A stretch of 62,097 bases of DNA, filler included, from Nitrospirae bacterium CG2_30_53_67 (GCA_001873285.1; 3 parts of 3 records of this genome joined end to end with filler, not necessarily neighbours in it), one strand, 5' to 3'; numbered from the whole stretch's first letter, positions 18,365 to 27,977 are shown. Notes: a model not told the origin generated them from the letters alone. Numbers and translations are program-made.

Positions 18365-19534
18365 ATGGTGTTTACGCCCTTGCGAATTCTTATTGTTGAT
18401 TCTGACCAGGAACTCTCAGCCGGCATCCGAAAGATCTTTCAGGACGGGGGTTACGAGGTGAACCACTGCGCCGGGAGTTCTGCTGCGATTCGGACCATGG
18501 AACAGGATCTGTTTCACTTCGTCCTGATCCATTCCGTACTCCCCGAAAAAGAACAACTCGAACTGATGGATCATATCAGCCGATTCTGTTCCGGTCTTCC
18601 ATTTTTTTACTTGTTTTGGTATGTGAGGTTCTCCGGCGCCGGGCCGGAATCTCGGCCGACTGATCCTGAAGGAGGCGATGAATGGGCCGGCATCCGGGCG
18701 ATAAAAATGACCATGGACCGGTTGTCCAAGGGTATTCTAAGAGAGTCCAGGGGCCAGGAGATGCAGCGGGATACCTTGAATATGGTCAAGGAATTTCAGG
18801 AGTCGAACCAACGGCTGATGGAACTCGGCAAAAAGAAGAATGCCTGTCTGGCAGCGGCAACTCATGAACTGAGGACCCCTCTCACCATCTTAGGTGGTTA
18901 CCAGAAACTTCTTCTCAGCGAATCCTTCGGGCCATTGAACGAAAAACAGAAGCATCTCTTGAAGGAGTCGGGGAGGAATTGCCGGCGGCTGATCGGGATG
19001 GTGAACTCGATGTTGGATCGTTGCAGGCTGGAATCGGAATCGGCGGAGTTTCATTTTCAGTATGCATCTTATCTGAAGACCCTGAAGAATATTCTTGAGC
19101 AGATGAGAAACTACATCGAAGAAAACGGGATTACACTCCATGTGGATTTTCCTGAAGAAGAGCTGATGCTGACCTTTGATGCCGGCGCCATTGAGCAGGT
19201 TCATATCAATCTGATCGGCAATGCCGTTAAATTCACCCCTTCGTCCGGCAAGATCACGGTGAAGTGTGAAAACACGCCGGATGGTATTCTCACGCAGATC
19301 ATGGATACAGGTGTGGGGATCGATGCCGAGGAGATCGGCCGGGTCTTCGATGAGTTCAACAATGTCGGGAAGCGGTATGGGGAGAAAAAGGGGGCTGGGC
19401 TCGGTCTTTCCATCTGCAAGAAAATTATTCAGGCGCATGGGGGGAGGATATGGGTTGAAAGCCGGACCGGGAAGGGGAGTTGTTTCTCTTTCCTCCTTCC
19501 CCGAGAAACAGTGGATATTACGGCTCATCCATAG
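18365..19534 (+). CDS. Sensor histidine kinase with degenerate N-terminal receiver-like domain
   Basis: HELRTPLT H-box, NLIGNAVKFT, DTGVGI, GAGLGLSIC; N-terminal ILIVDSD. Confidence 0.88.
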   Translation: MVFTPLRILIVDSDQELSAGIRKIFQDGGYEVNHCAGSSAAIRTMEQDLFHFVLIHSVLPEKEQLELMDHISRFCSGLPFFYLFWYVRFSGAGPESRPTDPEGGDEWAGIRAIKMTMDRLSKGILRESRGQEMQRDTLNMVKEFQESNQRLMELGKKKNACLAAATHELRTPLTILGGYQKLLLSESFGPLNEKQKHLLKESGRNCRRLIGMVNSMLDRCRLESESAEFHFQYASYLKTLKNILEQMRNYIEENGITLHVDFPEEELMLTFDAGAIEQVHINLIGNAVKFTPSSGKITVKCENTPDGILTQIMDTGVGIDAEEIGRVFDEFNNVGKRYGEKKGAGLGLSICKKIIQAHGGRIWVESRTGKGSCFSFLLPRETVDITAHP

Positions 19535-19541
19535 AAAATTT

Positions 19542-19648
19542 GGAAAAAGTTTTCCACTTTTGGGAAAAAGTTTTCATAAAAAGGGAAAACATTTTCCTTT
19601 TTTTTTTCAGAACAGAAATAGTTTTCCTAAAAAAGAAACTTTTTTTCC
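19542..19648. promoter_or_regulatory. Array of five 14-bp GGAAAA-N2-TTTTCC-like palindromes (candidate activator binding sites)
   Basis: Copies start at 19542, 19563, 19584, 19614, 19635. Confidence 0.5.
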
Positions 19649-19865
19649 ATTTTTTTGTATTCTTTCATTTGTCATTTTTCTGTGTTCCAATTGAGCGTTT
19701 TTTATGTTACACTAACCCTGTTTGATGGAGATATTCCTATGGATTTTACATCGGTTTGCCTTTTTTTGACCCGTTGAAGGATGTGGATGAGATGGATAGG
19801 GTGGATAGAAGATAAAATATATGAATATGCCGGGATTTTAGGTTAGATATGCATAAATTGGTTAT

Positions 19866-19881
19866 TGGCACACGATTTGCA
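19866..19881 (+). promoter_or_regulatory. sigma54 (-24/-12) promoter
   Basis: TGGCAC-ACGAT-TTGCA matches TGGCAC-N5-TTGCW; upstream of a sigma54 activator gene and EPS operon. Confidence 0.8.
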
Positions 19882-19916
19882 AAAAAAACCGTTGATTTTC
19901 ATTATAAAGTAAATAA

Positions 19917-20041
19917 AGATCATCTCCAAAATAGTGGGTGAAAACATCAGGGGTCAAGGGGTCAAGGATTCCAGGGTTCACTTGACCCCTTGAACCCTGG
20001 AATCCTCGAACCCTTTTTACCCACTATATGGGAGAAGAACC
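19917..20041. mobile_element. MITE family A, short copy in inverted orientation
   Basis: AGATCATCTCCAAAATAGTGGGTGAAAA ... TTTTTACCCACTATATGGGAGAAGAACC with internal inverted 8-bp repeat arrays. Confidence 0.8.
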
Positions 20042-20070
20042 GTAAATAAGAGCCATTGTTAAGGAGCTTC

Positions 20071-21531
20071 ATGCCTGAAGAGGCCACTATTCTTGTTATT
20101 GATGATGAGCTTGAGATCGGTAACTATCTCAAGACGCTGATCACACAGTTTGGGTACAGGTCAGAGATCGCTACGAGCGGGAAGGACGGTCTGCAGACCA
20201 TTCAGAGGATCAGGCCCGAGCTTGTCATCCTTGATGTGGTCATGCCGGATATGGACGGGCTTGAGGTCCTGAAACAGATACAGGAAGAAAAAATGGATAC
20301 GAGCGTGATCATGCTTTCGGGCCACCGTCAGACGAGCACGGTGGTCGGGGCCATGAAACTCGGAGCAGCCGATTTTCTCAACAAGCCGTTTGATCCGGAG
20401 GAACTGCAATTCACGATCAGCAAGGTTTTGGAGAGAAGGAATCTGATCTCAGAGGTTCAAAGACTCAAAAAACAGGTCAGTGAACAGAACGGGAACCAGA
20501 TCCTTTTTGGGAACAGTGAAAAGATGGGGGCCATCAAAGAGATTATCGAACAGGTTGCGGATACGGATATTACGATATTGATCCGTGGTGAAAGCGGCAC
20601 GGGGAAGGGGCTGATCGCCCGTTTCATCTATATGAATTCCAGCCGGCGGGACCGGCATTTTGTAAATGTGAACTGTGCGGCGCTTCCTGCCGAACTTCTG
20701 GAGAGCGAACTCTTCGGATATGAACGCGGGGCCTTTACCGGCGCCCATAAGAAAAAGCCCGGGAAGTTTGAGTTTGCAAACCATGGGACCATATTCCTGG
20801 ACGAGATCGGTGAGATTCCACCGGCCCTCCAGGCCAAGCTCCTGCAGGTCCTTCAGGATGGGGAGTTTGCCCCGCTGGGGAGTGAACAGGATGTCCGGGT
20901 GGATGCCAGAGTCATCGCGGCATCCAACAGGGATTTGGAAGCCGAGGTGGCGAGGGGGAAATTCAGGGAGGATCTTTACTTCAGATTGAATGTGGTCAAT
21001 ATTACGGTCCCGCCCTTGAGGGAAAGGATGGAAGAGATCCCGATCCTCACCGAGCATTTTCTGCAGAAATACAATCGTAAGTACAACAAAGACTATAAGA
21101 AGATTTCCAAGGAGACCATGGGCCTTTTCATGCAGTACAACTGGCCGGGGAATGTGCGGGAACTGGAGAACATGATCAAACGGGTGGTGGTCCTGGAGAG
21201 CGAGAAACCGATTGCCACCGAATTTCTCCTGAAAGAAGAGGATAAAGTCAGATCGGAACGGAAGAATGGTTCATCGGGATCCGGGGGGAATATGACGGCA
21301 TCCGGAGAATTCAGCTTTATCGATCCTCTTCTGGAGGGAAAGGATCATAACTTCACCCTGCGGGAGATCAGCAAAGAGGCATCCAAGAGGGCCGAGAAGG
21401 AACTCATCGAAAAGATTCTGAGGCAGACCAATTGGAACCGTAAAAAAACAGCAGAGATCCTGCAGGTCAGTTATAAGGCCTTGCTTTATAAGATAAAAGA
21501 GAATAAAATAGACAAATTTTCAGACTTTTAA
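20071..21531 (+). CDS. sigma54-dependent response regulator (REC-AAA+-HTH; NtrC/PrsR-like)
   Basis: ILDVVMP, GESGTGKG, GAFTGA, FREDLYFRLNV, WPGNVRELEN, C-terminal HTH; ATG 20071 behind AAGGAG. Confidence 0.93.
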   Translation: MPEEATILVIDDELEIGNYLKTLITQFGYRSEIATSGKDGLQTIQRIRPELVILDVVMPDMDGLEVLKQIQEEKMDTSVIMLSGHRQTSTVVGAMKLGAADFLNKPFDPEELQFTISKVLERRNLISEVQRLKKQVSEQNGNQILFGNSEKMGAIKEIIEQVADTDITILIRGESGTGKGLIARFIYMNSSRRDRHFVNVNCAALPAELLESELFGYERGAFTGAHKKKPGKFEFANHGTIFLDEIGEIPPALQAKLLQVLQDGEFAPLGSEQDVRVDARVIAASNRDLEAEVARGKFREDLYFRLNVVNITVPPLRERMEEIPILTEHFLQKYNRKYNKDYKKISKETMGLFMQYNWPGNVRELENMIKRVVVLESEKPIATEFLLKEEDKVRSERKNGSSGSGGNMTASGEFSFIDPLLEGKDHNFTLREISKEASKRAEKELIEKILRQTNWNRKKTAEILQVSYKALLYKIKENKIDKFSDF

Positions 21532-21555
21532 ATTATTTATTCAGAGGAGCAGGAT

Positions 21556-22155
21556 ATGATGAAAAAATATAGGGCAACTTATTTTCTTTGGATGGTGTTC
21601 ATGGTTTCAGGGTGTGCGACCTTCGGGTTGAGAACCGAAGTGCCGGTCGAAACAGCGGTTCAGGAGTCCGCACCGAAACAGGAAGAATATATCATCGGTC
21701 CTGAGGACCAGCTCATTGTTTCCGTCTGGAAGGATGAGACACTCTCGACCAAGGCCGTGGTCAGGTCGGATGGCAAGATCTCGGTCCCCCTCATCAATGA
21801 TGTACAGGCAAGCGGGCTGACCGTGTTGCAGCTCAAGGATGAGATCACCAAACGGCTTAAGGAATTCATCCCGGAGGTTGAGGTGACCGTGGTTGTGGAA
21901 CAGATGATCAGCAACAGGATTTATGTCCAGGGAGAGGTTCTCCACGCCGGCCCGCTTCCCTTCAACGGGGATCTGACGGTGATCCAGGCCCTGGCCCTGG
22001 CCGGGGGGCTGACCCCGTACGCGGATCGGGGTTCCATTATTATCCTGCGGGCCGATGGAGAGAAGCTGAAGTTTAATTACAATCAGGTGATCCGGGGTAA
22101 GAATACCGAACAGAACGTGAAACTGAAGAGATGGGATACGATCATCGTCCCGTGA
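21556..22155 (+). CDS. Polysaccharide export lipoprotein (Wza/OPX family)
   Basis: Lipobox VSGC, YIIGPEDQL, VRSDGKISVPLI, ALALAGGLT. Confidence 0.9.
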   Translation: MMKKYRATYFLWMVFMVSGCATFGLRTEVPVETAVQESAPKQEEYIIGPEDQLIVSVWKDETLSTKAVVRSDGKISVPLINDVQASGLTVLQLKDEITKRLKEFIPEVEVTVVVEQMISNRIYVQGEVLHAGPLPFNGDLTVIQALALAGGLTPYADRGSIIILRADGEKLKFNYNQVIRGKNTEQNVKLKRWDTIIVP

Positions 22156-22190
22156 GCGTAAATTTTTTCATGAATGGGGTATGAACAGCC

Positions 22191-23948
22191 ATGGAACAGA
22201 CCAAAGTGATGGACATTCGAGATCTACGGCGGATTGTCCGGAAGCGAAGATGGGTCATCCTGATTCCTGCGATTTCAATCTTTGTGGTCGTTTCCCTGAT
22301 CGCCTATCTTTATCCGGCGATCTACAAGTCGGAAACCCTGATCCTGATTGAAGAACAGAAAATTCCTGTGGATTATGTGCAGTCTACGGTCACCTCCCAG
22401 GTTGAGGAGAGGCTCAATGTGATCAACCAGAGGATCATGAGCCGGACCAAGCTCGAGGAGATTATGCAGAAGTTCAACCTCTACCCTGAGTATAAAGACG
22501 ACTGGACCAGGGAAGAGATCATTGAAAAAATGCGCGAAGACATCGCCATGGAGATTGTATCTGCCGAGGGCGTGAACAAGAAGAGCGGTCAGCAGGTCAC
22601 TTTCACGGTGGCCTTTAAACTTTCCTATGAAGGCAAGGACCCTCGGACCGTGCAGGCCGTGACCTCTGAGCTCGCCTCTCTTTATATCGGGGAGAACCTC
22701 AAGGTCCGTGTGGATGCGAGCGCCATGACCACGCGGTTTGTCTCCGACGAATTAAAAAAGATGGAGACCGAGATTGCAAGAATCGGCAAGGACATTTCGG
22801 ACTTCAAGCAGCAGCACCTCGATGAACTCCCTGAGCAGATGCAGGTCAACATGGCCAACCTCGACCGGTATGAGCGTTATCTCGAGACGAATCACAGGGA
22901 TTTGGAAATGGCCAAGTCCAACCTGGTTTTTCTCAAAGGGCAGCTCGCCATGACCGATGCGGACGCCACCATGATTTCCAGTTACGGGCAGAGGGTCCTT
23001 TCCCCGAAGGAGCAGTTGGAGCTTGACAAAACCCAGCTGATTTCACTGCAGTCCAAACTCTCCGAGAATCATCCTGATGTGATCGACCTGAAGAAACGGA
23101 TTGCCCGGATGGAAAAGGAAGTCAACTCCAATGATACCGAAAAGGCGCTTCATGAAAGTCTTGCCGGCAAGGAGAGTGAGCTGACTGCGATGGCCTCAAA
23201 GTATACCGAAAAACATCCTGATGTGGTCCGGCTCAAGGCGGAAATCGAGGACTTGAAGAAGAAGATTGAGACGGCTAAGAATTTACCGGATGTGGAGTAT
23301 GCCTCCAATCCCACCAATCCGGCCTATATCAATCTCCAGACACAGATCGAATCCAAGAGGCTTGAAATCCCGGCTTTGGAACAACAGGTGAAGGAGTATA
23401 AGAGGCTGATTGAATACTATCAGCAGAAGATGGCCAATACCCCGGTGGTGGATAAGACCCTGGCTGCCATGCAGAGCGATTATGACGTGGCCAGGATGAA
23501 TTATCAGGAACTGGTCAACAAGGAGACCCAGGCCAAGATCTCGGAGAGTCTGGAGAACCGGCAGCAGGGGGAAAAGTTCGCCATCATCGATCCCGCGCAG
23601 CTCCCCNNNNNNNNNNNNNAGCCGAACCGGATCGCCATCCTGTTCATCGGTCTGATCCTGGGGATCGGGTCCGGAGCCGGCGCAGGATTCCTCTCCGAAT
23701 ATCTGGATCAATCCTTTTCGAATCAGGATGAGCTCAGGGCCTTTACGAACCTGCCGGTGTTGGCGGTGATCCCCAAAGTGGTCACTCTTCAGGAGAATCT
23801 GCTCAAGCGGAAACGGTGGAAGGTGATCCTGGTCTCGTCTTTTCTTACAGTCCTTGCGGTTCTGGTCGTCGTTCAGATTTTCTTTTTTAAGTTTGATATA
23901 TTCCTGATCAAACTTTTTCGCGAGGCGCATAAGCTCCCTCTTCAATAA
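22191..23948 (+). CDS. Polysaccharide chain length determinant (Wzc/PCP periplasmic part); contains a 13-N gap
   Basis: N-terminal TM then YKSETLILIE, long coiled coil, HPDV repeats, IIDPAQLP...PNR before the second TM. Confidence 0.88.
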   Translation: MEQTKVMDIRDLRRIVRKRRWVILIPAISIFVVVSLIAYLYPAIYKSETLILIEEQKIPVDYVQSTVTSQVEERLNVINQRIMSRTKLEEIMQKFNLYPEYKDDWTREEIIEKMREDIAMEIVSAEGVNKKSGQQVTFTVAFKLSYEGKDPRTVQAVTSELASLYIGENLKVRVDASAMTTRFVSDELKKMETEIARIGKDISDFKQQHLDELPEQMQVNMANLDRYERYLETNHRDLEMAKSNLVFLKGQLAMTDADATMISSYGQRVLSPKEQLELDKTQLISLQSKLSENHPDVIDLKKRIARMEKEVNSNDTEKALHESLAGKESELTAMASKYTEKHPDVVRLKAEIEDLKKKIETAKNLPDVEYASNPTNPAYINLQTQIESKRLEIPALEQQVKEYKRLIEYYQQKMANTPVVDKTLAAMQSDYDVARMNYQELVNKETQAKISESLENRQQGEKFAIIDPAQLPXXXXXPNRIAILFIGLILGIGSGAGAGFLSEYLDQSFSNQDELRAFTNLPVLAVIPKVVTLQENLLKRKRWKVILVSSFLTVLAVLVVVQIFFFKFDIFLIKLFREAHKLPLQ

Positions 23949-24035
23949 CGATATGAGATGACAGGGAGGTACAAGATATCGTCTGGACGGCTGAACCCGG
24001 CATGCAAGATCTTTTTTTCAGAACAGGGATGACCC

Positions 24036-25412
24036 ATGAAGTTTTTTCGATTCTCATTCCAGTTCAAAAAGGCCCTGATGTTCTTTTCCGAAGGGGTATT
24101 GATTTATCTTTCGGTTCTGGCAGGGGTCTATCTCCGTCTCGGGGATCTGGAATACGATCTTTTGATACCCAAGGCCGTCGTGACCATGGGGGTCTGCCTC
24201 GCCAGCCTCTACTATGCGGATCTTTACGATCCGAAGATCATCAAGAATATCAGGGAGCTTTTGATCCGCCTGCTGCAGGCCCTGGGTGTGGCCTCAATCC
24301 TTCTGGCCTTCATTTATTATCTCTATCCTCCGCTGCTCATCGGCAGGGGGGCATCGCTGATCTCTGCCTGTCTGGTTCTCATTTTAATTGTTTCCTGGCG
24401 TCTTCTTTACCGCCTTTTTCTCAGGTCCAGCGGGATGACGGAGAATATCCTGATCATCGGCGCCAATCCATTTGCCATCACACTGGCCGAGGAGATAGTC
24501 GAGAATAGAGGCCTGGGATACAAAGTGGTCGGTCTCATTGACAAGAACCCCGGCCGGCAGGCCGGCAACCCGGTCAAGTTCCCGGTTATAGGAGATTATA
24601 ACGACATCCCATCGGTTGTTCAGAATCATCAAATAAGCCAGATCATTGTTTCTATGGATGAAAGGAGAGGGCGGCTTCCTATGGAGGCGTTATTGCAATG
24701 CAAGATGCGAGGAGTGCAGATCAACGAAGGCGTGGAATTCTATGAGCGGACGACCGGCAAGATCCTGATCGATAAATTAAGGCCGAGCTGGCTGATCTTC
24801 TCCTCGGGTTTCGAGCATTCGAGACTGGCCCAGTTGTTCAAGAGGTTGATCGATCTGTTTATTTCCGTATTTTCATTGGTGATTCTGTTTCCCTTGATCA
24901 TGATGATTGCAGTCCTGATCAAGCTTGAAAGCCGGGGACCCATATTTTTCAAACAGGAGCGGGTAGGAGAGAACGGCAGGGTTTTTGTCCTCTATAAATT
25001 TCGTTCCATGCAGGATGATGCGGAGAAAGAGACCGGCCCGGTCTGGGCGGAAGACATGGACGACCGGATGACCCGGATCGGGAGCTTCGTCCGGAAAACC
25101 CGGATAGATGAGATCCCGCAACTATTCAATGTATTGAAAGGCGACATGAGTATCGTGGGCCCCCGGCCGGAAAGGCCCTTCTTCGTGGAGCAGCTTGCCA
25201 AAAAAATCCCCTTCTATGTCAAACGGCATTCTGTCAAACCCGGGGTCACCGGGTGGGCTCAGGTTCGGTACTCATACGGCGCTTCACTGGAAGATGCCAA
25301 GGAGAAATTGCAATACGACCTTTTTTATATCAAGCATATGTCCTTCTGGCTGGACATGGGGGTGATTGCGGATACATTCAAGGTCGTTTTGATGGGCAAG
25401 GGGGCCAGATAA
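24036..25412 (+). CDS. Polyprenyl glycosylphosphotransferase (priming sugar transferase, TIGR03013-like)
   Basis: KRLIDL, KFRSM, RKTRIDEIPQL, SIVGPRPERP, VKPGVTGWAQV, YDLFYIK. Confidence 0.92.
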   Translation: MKFFRFSFQFKKALMFFSEGVLIYLSVLAGVYLRLGDLEYDLLIPKAVVTMGVCLASLYYADLYDPKIIKNIRELLIRLLQALGVASILLAFIYYLYPPLLIGRGASLISACLVLILIVSWRLLYRLFLRSSGMTENILIIGANPFAITLAEEIVENRGLGYKVVGLIDKNPGRQAGNPVKFPVIGDYNDIPSVVQNHQISQIIVSMDERRGRLPMEALLQCKMRGVQINEGVEFYERTTGKILIDKLRPSWLIFSSGFEHSRLAQLFKRLIDLFISVFSLVILFPLIMMIAVLIKLESRGPIFFKQERVGENGRVFVLYKFRSMQDDAEKETGPVWAEDMDDRMTRIGSFVRKTRIDEIPQLFNVLKGDMSIVGPRPERPFFVEQLAKKIPFYVKRHSVKPGVTGWAQVRYSYGASLEDAKEKLQYDLFYIKHMSFWLDMGVIADTFKVVLMGKGAR

Positions 25413-25466
25413 TTTGAGTAAAATATCGATCCGGTTCAGGGGTCGATTGTCGAGGAGGTTCGATAC

Positions 25467-26270
25467 ATGAGTAAAATCGAAGAGGCGCTGGAGAAGGCGA
25501 AGCAGGCACGAAGCGGAGTTAAAGAGAACAAGGCGGTTCCTGAAGCTCCGGAGGAGACGGCTCCAAGGTATACGCACACCGTTTTTAAGGAAGTGAATCC
25601 GGACATGATGGAAGAGAACCGGATTGTGACCCTCGCCGGGAAGAGCTCCCATATCACGGAACAGTACCGGATGCTCCGTACGCAGATCCTTCAGAGAACC
25701 GAAGGGAATGGAGACAACTGTTTGATGGTGACCAGCGCTGCTGACGGAGAAGGGAAGACCACCACAGCCATCAACCTGGCCGTATCCATTGCCCAGGAGG
25801 TTCAGAAGAATGTCCTTCTGGTGGATGCGGACCTCAGGCGGCCTTCCATTCACAAGATGCTGGGGCTGAAGCCGGAAAAGGGCCTGGTTCATTACCTGAT
25901 GGATCAGGTCCCGCTTGAGGATTTGCTGATACGGACCGGTGTGGAGAAACTCACCTTTCTGCCGGCGGGCGGGACCCTTCCCAACTCCACGGAGATTTTT
26001 AATTCGTCTCGGATGAAAAATTTCATCCGGGAGGTCAAGGACCGTTATAAGGACCGCTATGTGATTTTCGACACCACGCCGATTCTGTCCACGGCGGATC
26101 CGGTGGTCCTCTCCCAGTCCATGGATGGGATCATCTTTGTGGTTCAGGCCGACCGGACACAAAGGGGCGATCTGGCCGAGGCCCTGGCCCTTCTTCAGGG
26201 CCGGAACATCCTGGGAATTGTGATGAACAATCACTCGGATACGGGGGAAACCTATTATTACGAGGCGTGA
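25467..26270 (+). CDS. Polysaccharide biosynthesis tyrosine autokinase (CpsD/CapB family)
   Basis: MSKIEEALEKA, EQYRMLRT, GEGKTT, LLVDADLRRP, FDTTP, C-terminal YYY. Confidence 0.92.
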   Translation: MSKIEEALEKAKQARSGVKENKAVPEAPEETAPRYTHTVFKEVNPDMMEENRIVTLAGKSSHITEQYRMLRTQILQRTEGNGDNCLMVTSAADGEGKTTTAINLAVSIAQEVQKNVLLVDADLRRPSIHKMLGLKPEKGLVHYLMDQVPLEDLLIRTGVEKLTFLPAGGTLPNSTEIFNSSRMKNFIREVKDRYKDRYVIFDTTPILSTADPVVLSQSMDGIIFVVQADRTQRGDLAEALALLQGRNILGIVMNNHSDTGETYYYEA

Positions 26271-26348
26271 AGGCGGCGGCGCAAGAATTGCCGAGGGATC
26301 GTTTTCATACGTATGCCGCCGGTTTGAAAGACCTTGAAAGATCCTCTG

Positions 26349-26870
26349 ATGTACAAGGAATTTTATCAGTTTCGTGAAAAGCCTTTTTCTCTGACGCCGG
26401 ATCCGGAGTTTCTTTACCGGAGCAAGGCGCACAAACGGGCCTTTGCCTATCTGGAGTATGGGATCCAGGACCCCTCCGGATTCGTCTGCATCACCGGTGA
26501 TATCGGGGCCGGTAAGACCACGCTGATCCGGGCCTTCCTGAACCAGTTGGACGATCAGGTGAAAATCGCTCGGCTTTTCAATACCAAGGTTTCGTCCCGC
26601 CAGCTTCTGGAGATGGTCCTGCAGGACCTCTCCCTGGAGTTTCACGGGAAGAGCAAAACCGAGATGATCGACACCCTGAACAACCATCTGATCGAAACCT
26701 TCACGGAGGGGAAACGGGTGGTCCTGATCATCGATGAGGCGCAGAATCTCAGCACCGATCTTTTAGAAGAGATCCGCCTTCTCTCCAATCTGGAAACAGA
26801 GAAGACAAAACTCCTGCAAATTATTCTTGTCGGCCAGTCCGAGCTGCGTGAACACCTGCAGCTTCCCAAC
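26349..26870 (+). CDS. ExeA-like AAA ATPase (TIGR03015-like), truncated by contig end
   Basis: MYKEFYQFREKPFSLTPDP, GDIGAGKTT, IIDEAQNL, LSNLET, LVGQSEL. Confidence 0.9.
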
Positions 26871-26970
26871 NNNNNNNNNNNNNNNNNNNNNNNNNNNNNN
26901 NNNNNNNNNNNNNNTTAATTAATTAANNNNNNNNNNNNNNNNNNNNNNNNNNNNNNNNNNNNNNNNNNNN
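26871..26970. other. Artificial contig linker
   Basis: 100-nt N block with central TTAATTAATTAA (stops in all six frames) at 26915-26926. Confidence 0.95.
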
Positions 26971-27197
26971 CTCGTCCCATGTTGACTTCCACTTCTACAA
27001 CAGTGTCGTCCTTCCCAACGCGTCACTTTCGGGGCTCAATCCCTTCAACCAATCGGCTTACGGCCTGCCAGCTTGCTATCTTACGCTTAAAGAAGGATGT
27101 TACCGCCCTCCCTCCAAAGACTCGCTACCCGGTGGCTGGCTTACCTTCCGGGGCGGGATTCTCACCCGCTGGATGATACGACCTTGCCCGGTCGCAC
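26971..27197 (-). mobile_element. Group II intron, 5' end (domain I), truncated by contig end
   Basis: Minus strand begins GTGCG-ACCGGGCAAGGTCG, then GGGTGAGAATCCC, CACCGGGTAGCGAGTCTT, GGTAAC, GCAGGCCGTAA, ATTGAGCCCCGAAA, typical of bacterial group II intron domain I. Confidence 0.75.
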
Positions 27198-27203
27198 TGT
27201 AGG

Positions 27204-27264
27204 TCTGACCCCAAAGCCCTCTGACCCCAAAGCCCTCCCAAAGCCCTCTGACCCCAAAGCCCTC
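27204..27264. repeat. Tandem 16-bp repeat TCTGACCCCAAAGCCC (3 full copies plus a partial)
   Basis: Copies at 27204, 27220, 27247; partial at 27238. Confidence 0.9.
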
Positions 27265-27278
27265 CCCCGAATCATCTA

Positions 27279-27977
27279 TTATTTCTTCTTGAAATCGGTG
27301 GTGATTCCGAGCTCTTTAACGCGAAGGCCGGCAAGACTTTCAAGTCTTCTTGCCTGCGTTAGAAGGGTTCGGCGAAGTCCGTCGGATACGTCACGTTCGC
27401 TGATGACACGAGCAAGGTTGGCAATCGTCGTGGCCCGTCGCGCAATACGCACATCAGGGTGTTTTCGTTGCGTGTATATCGCTTCGGGAATGATTCGTTG
27501 TTTGTAGGATTGGGGGAGCTTAATTTCACTTCGTGGCGCCATTTCTTTTTCGTTCAGCACCGCGCCAAGCTCGGATTCTCTCAAGACCTTTTGAAAAACT
27601 GTGTATTCTGCGCGATCCAAAAGCGTCTTTTGATCTTTTTTCAGAAGACCGTCCACAAGATCATCGAGCGGCCACACTTCAATGTATGCCACCTCGAACG
27701 GATCGAGCACGTTCATTGCGACGGCGTCGGTTCTCTGGTTCGTCAGGTGTCTGCTGACACGACCGCTTAGTTTTTCTTCGGTCTGTCCAACGTATATAGG
27801 CTCGCCGTCATAGTCGTAAAAGGCGTACACGCCGTGCTTGTAGCTGCCAATGCGCTTTCCGTTGCCGTCTTTCGAGGCGAAGAATTTTCTAATTTCAGCC
27901 CGAATCGCTGCCACATCTTCTGGAAGTCCGACTACCTCAAATTGCGGTTGCGGCGTACCGCTCTTGCTCGATTTCAA
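27279..27977 (-). CDS. GIY-YIG type II restriction endonuclease (Cfr42I/Eco29kI-like)
   Basis: GVYAFYDYDGEPIYVGQT...RVSRH, downstream RAE and LNEK; directly after a C5 methyltransferase; start uncertain. Confidence 0.8.
   Translation of the reverse strand: MKSSKSGTPQPQFEVVGLPEDVAAIRAEIRKFFASKDGNGKRIGSYKHGVYAFYDYDGEPIYVGQTEEKLSGRVSRHLTNQRTDAVAMNVLDPFEVAYIEVWPLDDLVDGLLKKDQKTLLDRAEYTVFQKVLRESELGAVLNEKEMAPRSEIKLPQSYKQRIIPEAIYTQRKHPDVRIARRATTIANLARVISERDVSDGLRRTLLTQARRLESLAGLRVKELGITTDFKKK

Noticed and set aside
23607..23619. 13-N gap in the chain length determinant as a possible disruption
   Set aside because: The frame is preserved and the gap falls in the expected LP-x5-PNR motif; this is sequence ambiguity only.
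26871..26970. TTAATTAATTAA palindrome within N runs (also 44563-44574)
   Set aside because: Identical 100-nt spacer twice: an assembly linker. The EPS locus, intron/R-M cassette and infC are therefore not shown to be neighbours.
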